This document shows positions 47,884-58,248 of a stretch of 64,000 nucleotides of DNA, in pieces. Both the position numbers and the translations under genes were made by a program. Source of the DNA: Macrostomum lignano (lineage: Eukaryota); NCBI GenBank assembly GCA_002269645.1, contig NIVC01002418.1, positions 62,001 through 126,000 of the forward strand, written 5' to 3'. The notes beneath the pieces were generated by a model. The model saw nothing but the letters and a program-made list of their open reading frames with translations, ran no database searches and was not told the DNA's origin. Every line of letters starts with the position of its first letter. Positions within the stretch are counted from its first letter, which is position 1.

Positions 47884-49284
47884 GGTGTTTGTAGTGGATC
47901 ATGAGATTCGTGAACAAAAGTTGCAGTGTGTAAAAATAAGAAACTATATGCGTGTTGAATTCGTTTCTCTAAGCACTTTACTTTAGTAGTAAAAGTTAAA
48001 ACAAAATATTAAAAATATAAGAACTAATAAGCTGTAGTCTGACGTTGTAAGAATATGAAGTGTTTTAGAATTGTTATTTACATAAGAAATTCACCAGTTT
48101 TTGTAAAACAATTTCTTTATGTAATTTTTATCGTTTTTTACCAATAATTTACCCATAATTACCGATAATTTTTATCGGTTTGAGTCAACTTTCCGTATTT
48201 CAGTAGATGTATATTACGATTTATAATTAATTGTACGGTATGCCAGTTGCCAGAATATAATGTTTTTATTTATACATGCATAATCATTCATAAATAATAG
48301 GAAAAAACAATTTACTGTTAATTTTGGTCAGCCAAAAAAACATGGCCCTCGCCATTGTCGTCTAGTAAACTTGTTTTGTAGCTCATTGATGTGTGATCAC
48401 TCATACGTCAAGGCTTATGGCGGAATTTGTGAGATTGTCAAGATTAACGGGGGATTTCTGAGATATTAAGGCTGAAAGGTCAGAAGCTGCATTTGTTTAC
48501 TCAATTTTTATTCCATTTTTTGTTGGCTCTCTAATGGAGGCGCTGATTATGCTAGTTTCGAGGTTAAACTTAAAGATTTACATGTGTAGAAGACTCGTTT
48601 CATAACAGAACGTTTTTCTATTTTTTTAAGTTTAATAGTGAATTTCTAAAGTAAATATTGCGTCTTTAGATTAAAGACTGCTACATTAATATTTTTAGAA
48701 TAATTTTTGAAAAATAATGTGCAAGTTAAGCCCATAAATATAAATCAAGCTTGCCATCAAGGAGTTTTTCTCGTGACCCACATATTTTAAATAAATAAAG
48801 ATTATATTAAAGAACAAAAGACATCGCCAACAGGTTGGTTTGTATTGAATAGATTCAACAAGAATTCCAAATATTACTGCAAGAATTTCCAGTCTATTTA
48901 ATTAATTGCCAGTAGTTTCCATAAACAGTAACCAACAGTAGTCACTGTTTGCACAGTTATTTTCACAGGTCAAGATTCCAACAGTGAACAGAATGACAAA
49001 ATTGAATGCAAGACAAAGCTTGTGGTTTAATAAATAATTAATTTAACTTTTACTAGCGTTGCCATTTCATCACGCAAACTATAAATCGAGTTTTAATGCT
49101 CTAAATAGCGTAAACAGCATAAATATTCTTGTACAAGCGTATAGAAGGAATAACAATTGCAGTAAGACTAGCTGCTATATTATATACGGTTTTAAGCTTC
49201 GTCGTTGATACTAATGCGTTGAAAAACAACCAATACGGAACGCAGCAGGTTTCTTTCTCTGAATTTGGGGATCATAAGCGGCTA

Positions 49285-50748
49285 TTTTAGGGGTGCCGTT
49301 TGAGGGTATTTTAGGGGTGCCGTTTGAGGGTATTTTAGGGGTGCCGTTTGAGGGTATTTTAGGGGTACTGCTTGAAGGTATTTTAGGGGTGCCGTTTGAG
49401 GGTATTTTAGGGGTGCCGTTTGAGGGTTTAGGGGTACTGCTTGAGAGTATTTTAGGGGTACCTTTTGAAGAGGGTATTTTAGGGGTACCGCCTGAGGAGG
49501 GTGTTTTAGGGGTACCGTTTGAGGAGGGTACTTTAGGGGTACTGTTTGAGGAGGGTATTTTAGGGGTGCCGTTTGAGGAGGGTATTTTAGGGGTGCCGTT
49601 TGAGGGTATTTTAGGGGTGCCGTTTGAGGGTTTAGGGGTACTGCTTGAGAGTATTTTAGGGGTACCTTTTGAAGAGGGTATTTTAGGGGTACCTTTTGAA
49701 GAGGGTATTTTAGGGGTACCGCCTGAGGAGGGTGTTTTAGGGGTACCGTTTGAGGAGGGTACTTTAGGGGTACTGTTTGAGGAGGGTATTTTAGGGGTGC
49801 CGTTTGAGGAGGGTATTTTAGGGGTGCCGTTTGAGGAGGGTATTTTAGGGGTACCGTTTGAGGAGGGTATTTTAGGGGTACCGTTTGAGGAGGGTATTTT
49901 AGGGGTACCGTTTGAGGAGGGTATTTTAGGGGTACCGTTTGAGGAGGGTATTTTAGGGGTACCGTTCAAGGAGGGTATTTTAAGGGTACCGTTTGAGGAG
50001 GGTATTTTAAGGGTACCGTTTGAGGAGGGTATTTTAGGGGTACCGCCTGAGGAGGGTGTTTTAAGGGTACCGTTCAAGGAGGGTATTTTAGGGGTACCGT
50101 TTGAGGAGGGTACTTTAGGGGTACTGTTTGAGGAGGGTATTTTAGGGGTACCGTTTGAGGAGGGTATTTTAGGGGTACCGTTTGAGGAGGGTATTTTAGG
50201 GGTACCGTTTGAGGAGGGTATTTTAGGGGTACCGTTCAAGGAGGGTATTTTAAGGGTACCGTTTGAGGAGGGTATTTTAAGGGTACCGTTTGAGGAGGGT
50301 ATTTTAGGGGTACCGCCTGAGGAGGGTGTTTTAAGGGTACCGTTCAAGGAGGGTATTTTAGGGGTACCGTTTGAGGAGGGTACTTTAGGGGTACTGTTTG
50401 AGGAGGGTATTTTAGGGGTGCCGTTTGAGGAGGGTATTTTAGGGGTACCGTTTGAGGAGGGTATTTTAGGGGTACCGTTTGAGGAGGGTATTTTAGGGGT
50501 ACCGTTTGAGGAGGGTATTTTAGGGGTACCGTTTGAGAAGGGTATTTTAGGGGTACCGTTTGAGGAGGGTATTTTAGGGGTACCGTTCGAGGAGGGTATT
50601 TTAGGGGTACCGTTCGAGGAGGGTATTTTAGGGGTACCGTTCAAGGAGGGTATTTTAAGGGTACCGTTTGAGGAGGGTATTTTAGGGGTACCGTTTGAGG
50701 AGGGTATTTTAGGGGTACCGTTTGAGGAGGGTATTTTAGGGGTACCGT
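49285..50748. repeat. 27/24/21-bp minisatellite (GAGGAGGGTATTTTAGGGGTACCGTTT), open on both strands
   Basis: About 55 units; underlies the 527-aa (-) and 485-aa (+) ORFs. Confidence 0.95.
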
Positions 50749-51051
50749 GACGGTATTTTAACCAAACAATGACCACTGCATGAATAATTTTCATTTACCA
50801 TAGAGTGATACGGAATGCTATATTATAAAGTTATAAATCAGAGTAAAGCAAAATCTCAGAGAAAAATTATATTAAAATGAGATTTGGAATGAAAGAATCA
50901 GCTATACTATATTATAAGGATACCCGCTGTTTACTCATGACTTATAAGTTTTAAATTAGCAATAAAACAAGGGGGTACTTAAGAAACCTATTGCAAGATA
51001 AAGCAGTGAAGCAATTATAACAAAGCAGTGTTACAATAAGAAAGCCGCTGC

Positions 51052-54000
51052 TCAAGCCACCCCAGTGCTGACAATGCCGAGCTCCTCCAGCAGTGACTTC
51101 GGCTCCTCGCACTCCTGAAACACAGCGAGGATAAAGGAAGAGGATTTCCCATCCGCAATGCGAGGCTGCCGAGCTGGCGCGTGACACGCGGGAATTATTA
51201 ATAAGTTCTATTTATATATATAGTACATAGTGCGGGCTGTTTCACAACATTATAGAAATAATAAAATATAATACGATTACTTAGCACAGGTATTCCATAA
51301 GTACACTTGTACATAACACTTGTTATACACTCTATTAAGTAAGTTGAAATTCCTTCGTCGCTTTCTAATAATCTACCTCAGTGTTATAATTTTGTTAATC
51401 TTAATTAATTTGTTAATTAATTAATTTTTATAACTTATCCACCTCTTGGCTTGGCCTTCCAATAATCAACCTGACTTGACCTCAGTCCTCAGGGATACGT
51501 AATCAACCTGACCTGGCCTTCAGATAATCCACCTGACCTTCGGATAATCCACCTGACCTTCAGATAATCCACCTGACCTAGCCTTCAGATAATCCACCTG
51601 ACCTGGCCTTCAGATAATCCACCTGACCTGGCCTTCAGATAATCCACCTGACCTGGCCTTTAGATAATCCACCTGACCTAGCCTTCAGATAATCCACCTG
51701 ACCTGGCCTTTAGATAATCCACCTGACCTAGCCTTCAGATAATCCACCTGACCTGGCCTTCAGATAATCCACCTGACCTGGCCTTTAGATAATCCACCTA
51801 GTCACTACGACAGTGTGAACTGAGTTTTTCATCACAGAAGCTAGCCAATGAAAATTGAAAGTGTAAAATGAAGGGAAGTAAAAAATATCGAGGTTAGAGT
51901 TAAAGGTCAAGGCCGCGAAACAGATTTTCGACATACAAAGGGATTAAAGAGGGTATTAAATTAAAACTATCATAGGAACTTAAACTATATACATACTAAT
52001 AATTGCATATGCTGTTAGATTTAAGCTAAGGCTTAAAATAAGAACCGTTTCATTAAAGAAAGCCTGAAGGAAAACTACAAGGCTTCATACATGCGCAACC
52101 TTGGGATTCACTCGGGCGTTTCTATTGGCAACACATACATGTACATGTAAGTCGCTATTGGCTGAGAGCAGTCACGTGACTACTATTCCGTCCAATAGCG
52201 ACTTACGAGCGTACATGTGTGTGTTGCCAATAGAAACGGCCGAGTGAATCCCAAGTTTGCGCCCAAGCATGCAAGGCTTAACGACAGTTTGATAACAAGT
52301 TCACCATAATAAATTAGTAAACTTACAACACCAGCGAAATAAATTGAATTGCGGAACTCTACACAACAATTTGACAACAAGAATGGGAGAGAAAATTAAC
52401 AAAATCTGGGGCGAAATTTTACCAGCCAATAATTTTAATTGGCACTCGCTCTGGCTGACGGAACTCAGCCAAGCCCGTGGTCGTCAAAGAATCCCTGCGG
52501 AGTCTCTTCCTTCAGTGCGGGAGTTCGATTCCGTTTTTATAAAAGGGCGATTAAAGTGCAGGCACTCTGGGAGGCTGGCCCAGCAACTGAGGATCTGGGA
52601 GGCTGGCCCAGCAACTGAGGATCTGGGAGGCTGGCCCAGCAACTGAGGATCTGGGAGGCTGGCCCAGCAACTGAGGATCTGGGAGGCTGGCCCAGCAACT
52701 GAGGATTTGAGAGGCTGGCCCAGCAACTGAGGATCTGGGAGGCTGGCCCAGCAATTGAGGATCTGAGAGGCTGGCCCAGCAACTGAGGATCTGGGAGGCT
52801 GGCCCAGCAACTGAGGATCTTGGAGGCTGGCCCAGCAACTGAGGATCTGGGAGGCTGGCCCAGCAACTGAGGATCTTGGAGGCTGGCCCAGCAACTGAGG
52901 ATCTTGGAGGCTGGCCCAGCAACTGAGGATCTGGGAGGCTGACCCAGCAACTGAGGATCTGGGAGGCTGGCCCAGTAACTGATGATCTGGGAGGCTGGCC
53001 CAGCAGCTGACACTCTGGGAGGCTGGCCCAGCAATTGAGGAGCTGGGAGGCTGGCCCAGCAGCTGAGGATCTGGGAGGTTGGCGGTGGTCCAGCCTGAGG
53101 ATCTGGAGTGCAGCGGTCCAGCCAGCCTGAATATTGGCACCATATTAGTAGGCACTTTTGCAATCTAAAAGGAATCCAAGCTCACCTCCTGCAGCAGATC
53201 CTGAGCAGCGATGGCTTTGAGCACATTTTTCTTGCTGGTCTCTTGAACTTCGCCGCCAAGCATGAATTCGTCCAGCATGAAATAGGCCTTCTCAAAGTTG
53301 AAGATGATGTCCAGCTCGCACACCTGGCCGCAGGTAAGTGCATAGCCATTGAGTATTTTCTCTTGATTATTGCTTTTTTCATGTCAGTCTGCTATCTATG
53401 GAACTGTCAATCAAAATCCCCGCAGACTCACGCTGCCAAAGTACTGATCCAGCAGCTCCACATAGCGATGAATGATCTCTAGACAGAGCAGCTCATTGTC
53501 GCTCTGCTCAATGGCGCAGCAGAAGTACAAACTGGCGTATCTATCAAGTGAAAGCAAAGGCGACACAATGCAAACAATGACCTATTTGACAGCATGTTGG
53601 AATACGGTTTGAAAAAATTGCTCACCTTTTGTAGACAATCTTCAGATCTTTCCATTCAATAAAGGCGCACATTTTCGGCTTCCTGGCTAGAATCATGGTG
53701 ACCAGGTCTCTGGTGATCTTTTTCTTCATCTTCTCTGAGTGGGCCATGTACCATTTTTGTAGGCGCAGCTTGCCTTGCCTACTAAACAGTAGCATGAAGT
53801 GCATCTAAAATAGCATGGCAACATTTAGGGAAATAAAAATGGATTTAAAAGTTGTACAAATTATAACTAATCACATAATTTAATTAAGTGTATAAAATCA
53901 CTTCAAAATCAAATCTTTGAATCTAAGAAAGAATTCATTTTAGTACTCCACCACAAATGCACTTTTTTATGTTAAAATGATCACCAATTATAGATTAGCA

Positions 54001-57000
54001 AATGAAATCAAATATGTGCTTTTTAATTAAAAATGTTTTTGTTGCTTATAGAAAGACACATAAAAAAGACAATCCAGAATGATTTTAAGTGCTTCATTAT
54101 TTAAACAGTTTATTGAAGGAAAAGTAAAGTAAAGTTATTGTTAGAATTTTAAGCAACTATTAAATTTCAATGCATAATATATCCTAATGGTAAATAAGAT
54201 AATAAAAAAATAAAGATTGTTTATCTATTTTTTGCTATGATCATTAAAGCAAAGTATGATTTCCTAAGTTTAAAATAGTATTTATAAAAACCAAATAGGT
54301 AGCATACAGATTGTCCCTCAAATTTTTTTAGTTCAGTCACAATCATGGCATGTCTATGCCAGAACAAATCCTATTAAAAAGTCTGCTTGCCCTATATGTT
54401 AGAACTGCTTTTAAAAAGAAACAAAAATAAGTATTTTTCTTTTGAAAAATATTGGTAACACTTGTCTTTGAATCTATTTCAGTTTTTGTCTTGCAACAAA
54501 GTATGCCAATTTGTTTGTCTTGTGCCACACTGTGCTAGATTTTTCCTCCTTGCCTACTGTTGTACCAGAGTGCACTAGTGTGGTATACTTCCAACTCTAT
54601 TTTGTATCTAATTTTTCTTTGAAAAAGGCTATCTTCCTGATTATCATAGGTTTCAATATATGATATGCCACCTTTCTAACTAAGTCTATGGCCTAGGCTA
54701 TGGCAATTGGTTAGACCTATAGAAAATATTTTTTATTATATAATATTGCATAGACTCTAACATCTTGATTCTTCAAAATATAATTTGATTTCTGATCCTA
54801 AAAACTTCTATTAGTCATAACCTATGGTATAAATTTACTTTAGTTCACAATTTTTTTTTTAAATGGTGCCAATGATGCAGAATGACAAATGGGAGTTGTC
54901 TATGGCCCGTACTAGCCACATAGTTGTTTGGCTAGTACAAAATTTTACAAAAAATACAAAAATAGTTGTTTGGGGCACAAAAATTTGGCTGAGTTTTATT
55001 GAGCCCATAATGTCAACTGGTAATACAACTAGTGGGAAACATTTTTAAATGGCACTGAGCATTGCTCAGTTCAGTCAATGTAGTCCTGACTGTCTCAGAT
55101 TCCTAAACTGGTTAATAATGACGAATCCAGAACAGAATGCTGCCAAAAGCCTTGGCAGGCCTTGGGTGAAGGCGGCGCCATATATACTCTTGGATGTGCG
55201 ATTCAAAGAGGGCATTGTTAGTGCCGTGCATGGCCCAGAATTTTGCTTTGCAGTTGCCCCAAGTCCCTTTGATCATGTTTGTGTGCAGCGTGGGGTCATT
55301 GGGGTCCATAAAGTGGAGCCTATGATTCACAACACCATGGTCACCATGACCACCGACAGCGTTCGCCACTTGATTATATGCCTGCCAGCCGTCTGTCAGG
55401 ATCTGCATGCCAGGTAGGATGTACTGCTAGATGATGGGCAGCAGTATAGCAGCAGACCTGTCTGGTATGACCACCATGATGCACTTGGGCGAGCCTCATT
55501 CTACCATTCCGAGCACCCAGTGACCATTACGGTCATACATGCGCAACCTTCAAAATTCGGTCGGCCATGCGACTTAGTTTTAACAAAAATGCGACGTAGT
55601 TTTTGGCCAAAAATGCGACTTACATGTAAAAAAACCCTAACGCAAAATTAACGCAACTTTGGGTAAACGGCAGGAGTAACTATGACTGTCTTATTAAGTC
55701 AAAATGCCTCGTCAGCTACTTAGTACTACTACTTTGCGTTTTTTTGGGTGGGCATTTTTGCGACTTCCTTGGTTGGCTGCCAAATCGGTCGGCCGGATCG
55801 GCCGACTCGGCCGACTGTTGCGCATGTATGATTACGGTAGGCTCCCTGGTGATACTTGCAGTGGAAGAACCGACTTTCATCAATCTCGACCACGTGACCA
55901 GGGCCACCCAGCTGCATTGGGTGATCCACAAAGTACTGGCAACAGATATCGTGAACAAAGTTGAGCCAGTCAATGGCAGTGTGGCTACTGATACCATACT
56001 TGTGCATGACGGTTGACATAGACTCATTTTTGGCCCATCATTGCAATAGGATGATCAGCTGCTGCAGTTCCAGATGGCTGGCCTTGAAAAAGGAGCCCTT
56101 GCATATGCTCTCCTGGTGTCGACAGGTTTTACAGCCCCAGGCATAGCCATCAATGAATTGCTCTCCATTGTGGTGCTGCAGATTCATCGGTATATGCACG
56201 GCACATGGGCAGGTCCATTGGTTGGCCAATAGTCCACAATGAGCGAGCCACCACATAGTCTCATCAGTACTTGCCATTACTTCCATTAATCCATTAGATT
56301 CCTTGAATTCATATTTAGTTCAGTCAGTGACTTTACTGGCAGAACTTCATTTGGTGGCATAATCCACGATGGTCTTGGGGGCCATCTGGCATCTAGTCAT
56401 TTGCAAATCAAAAGAGTCTCAAAGTCTCTAAAGTCTAAACTATAGTGAGGGCTCAATAAAACTCAGCCAAATTTTTGTGCCCCACACAACTCTACGCAGC
56501 TAGTACAGGCCACAGACAGCTCCCATCCGTCATTCCATGTCATAGGCACCATGCCATAGTCAGGAAGGTGGTCTTTTTCATTGAAAATTCCAGCATGCAT
56601 TGGCATAGCCAAAGATATTCGGCATACATTCGGTATATATGGCGTACCACAGTTTAGAGAAAGAACCCATGGCGTGCAATGGCGTGCCACAACACACAAT
56701 TATATGCCACACCACTTTGGGCATAGGGCCATGCCCACCCATAATATCCCGAATCCTGATGCATCAAATTTATTTTTAAAAAACTTTTTTAAAACTAAAA
56801 AGGAAAGAAAAAACATTTTTGGTGCTAATTTTCTTTCGTTAAAGTCATGGAAATTTCAAAAGAAAAGAAAACTTAGTTAAAATTTGACTTTTACATTATT
56901 TTAAACTTCCTTTATTATTTAACAGATTATTATTGAAACTTTCGTTCACATGCACTACTACCCCTACCCAACACCCCCCCAGTCCATCAGCATACCACTG

Positions 57001-57375
57001 GGTTCCGATCTTGGCATACACGGCATACCACTTTTTTTACTGACTTTTTATTCCAGCGTACCTGTGCCATGATCCTGACTATGGGCACCATGTCCATTTT
57101 AAAAGAAAAAAATTCGCAAACAATAGTAAATTTACGCCTAACCTTCAAATGGACAGTTTTAATGAAACCAATTAAATAGGCTTTAGGATAACAAGTTTAT
57201 ATTTTGGTTTAGCTAATCTTTATAACAGAAAAAATATCTTATTAATAGATATAGAAAATATAAAATATACTATTTAATTTTTTTAAATTATAACACTATT
57301 TTTTGCAGGTGCCCACGGCCACAGTACACTGACTACAGTCCAGATTAAGTTCAAGAAATAGAATGCACTTACCAT
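51052..57375 (-). CDS. AP1S: AP-1 adaptor complex sigma subunit, ~163 aa
   Basis: Probable ATG-only exon 57375-57373 (AAAAATG|GTAAGT), then 53804-53626 ([25 protein letters not shown]), 53540-53432 ([32 protein letters not shown]), 53323-53186 ([20 protein letters not shown]), 51114-51052 ([20 protein letters not shown]). Matches the recalled AP1S1/2 sequence closely. Confidence 0.92.
51465..51800. repeat. 25-bp minisatellite (CCTTCAGATAATCCACCTGACCTGG) in the AP1S last intron
   Basis: About 13 units. Confidence 0.9.
52086..52271. mobile_element. 186-bp palindromic MITE, CATACATGCGCAAC TIR family, 8-bp TSD CAAGGCTT
   Basis: TSD at 52078-52085 and 52272-52279; ~75-bp arms form an imperfect inverted repeat; centre contains GTCACGTGAC. 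Confidence 0.85.
52566..53110. repeat. 28-bp minisatellite (TGGGAGGCTGGCCCAGCAACTGAGGATC) in the AP1S last intron
   Basis: About 19 units. Confidence 0.95.
55112..56286 (-). pseudogene. Merlin-type DDE transposase pseudogene (~289 codons after removing the MITE)
   Basis: One continuous frame after excising 305 bp: [92 protein letters not shown]; three in-frame stops and the catalytic Glu replaced by Lys. Confidence 0.9.
55534..55830. mobile_element. 297-bp MITE (14-bp perfect TIR CATACATGCGCAAC, 8-bp TSD ATTACGGT) carrying a 28S rRNA fragment
   Basis: TSD at 55526-55533 and 55831-55838; removal restores the transposase frame; 55661-55724 matches the recalled eukaryotic 28S H69-H71 sequence at 53/64 positions. 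Confidence 0.92.
56554..57084. mobile_element. 531-bp MITE (12-bp TIR CCATAGTCAGGA, 8-bp TSD GCACCATG) inserted in the Merlin TIR
   Basis: TSD at 56546-56553 and 57085-57092; TIRs at 56554-56565 and 57073-57084. Confidence 0.85.
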
Positions 57376-58248
57376 TTTTGTATCTATGCTAATATGTGCA
57401 GAAAACAAGAAATTTTAAGATTTATAGAGAGAGGCCTAGGCCTAATTACTTAATGAAAATGTGACTTTAAAACACACAATACAGAGGAGGTTCGAACAAA
57501 AGTAAAAAAACGTAAAGGAAACGTTGGGTGGTTACTAATATTTATTCCTATTTAGCTATACGCAGTCTAATCAAGTATAGATTATTACTTTTTAAGTTTC
57601 TGAAGAAAAAATGACTTAAATCAAACGAATCCAATTGACGGCAACTTTCTCGATTAGAGTCGAAGAGTTCCTAGAATATGTAAATACCCCAGTCGCCGTT
57701 TGAAATACGAGTGACGAAGTCGTGCAGGCAATTCTTGTCGGCTGTGCTCACTTAGCCGAGGGGAGAAAGTCTTAAAGATTCCTGCTCAAACCATTACTGT
57801 ATTTATAACCATTGGCGATGTTTTGCAGACAGCGTGCGAGGCTTAAAAGCGTAATTCACGCGCGGGAATAAAATCAATTCCAGAATACATTCAAATATAT
57901 GGAAACTAAGCGAGTCGGAGAAAAGAATGCGACTGCGCAACAAATTAAGTCAGCAGGGTGCACAGTGCGTACGGTACGGGGAAGGGACAACTTGTTACAA
58001 CAGCTCCCTCCTTCGAAAGTTTAATGCCCTCATTAAACTGAAAAAGATTTTTTGGAAAAAGGATTCGAAGCAAAACGAAAATTTCACAGCTGCAGACACA
58101 CCTTCTCAAAGAAGAACAAGTGGCAGCGAAACAAATGAGGCTGAACAAAAGGGATCTTTTCGAAAATAGGAAAAGACTAACTGTTTGCGCAAACTGAATC
58201 AAAGCACGATTTTGCCTTAGACAAAAACAGTCCAGTCCAGGTCTCTAA

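Larger units (their letters stand above)
54825..57137 (-). mobile_element. Decayed Merlin (IS1595/IS1016-like) DNA transposon with long imperfect TIRs, in AP1S intron 1
   Basis: Arm 54865-55006 is the reverse complement of 56449-56552; similarity continues 54825-54870 versus 57093-57137 once a MITE is removed. True outer ends and TSD were not resolved. Confidence 0.75.

Noticed and set aside
55632-55641. AACCCTAAC as a telomerase RNA template
   Set aside because: Nine bases inside a MITE with no supporting structure.
55661-55724. Functional rRNA gene or structurally conserved H69
   Set aside because: Only 64 nt, flanked by transposon arms; substitutions break H69 pairing rather than compensate.
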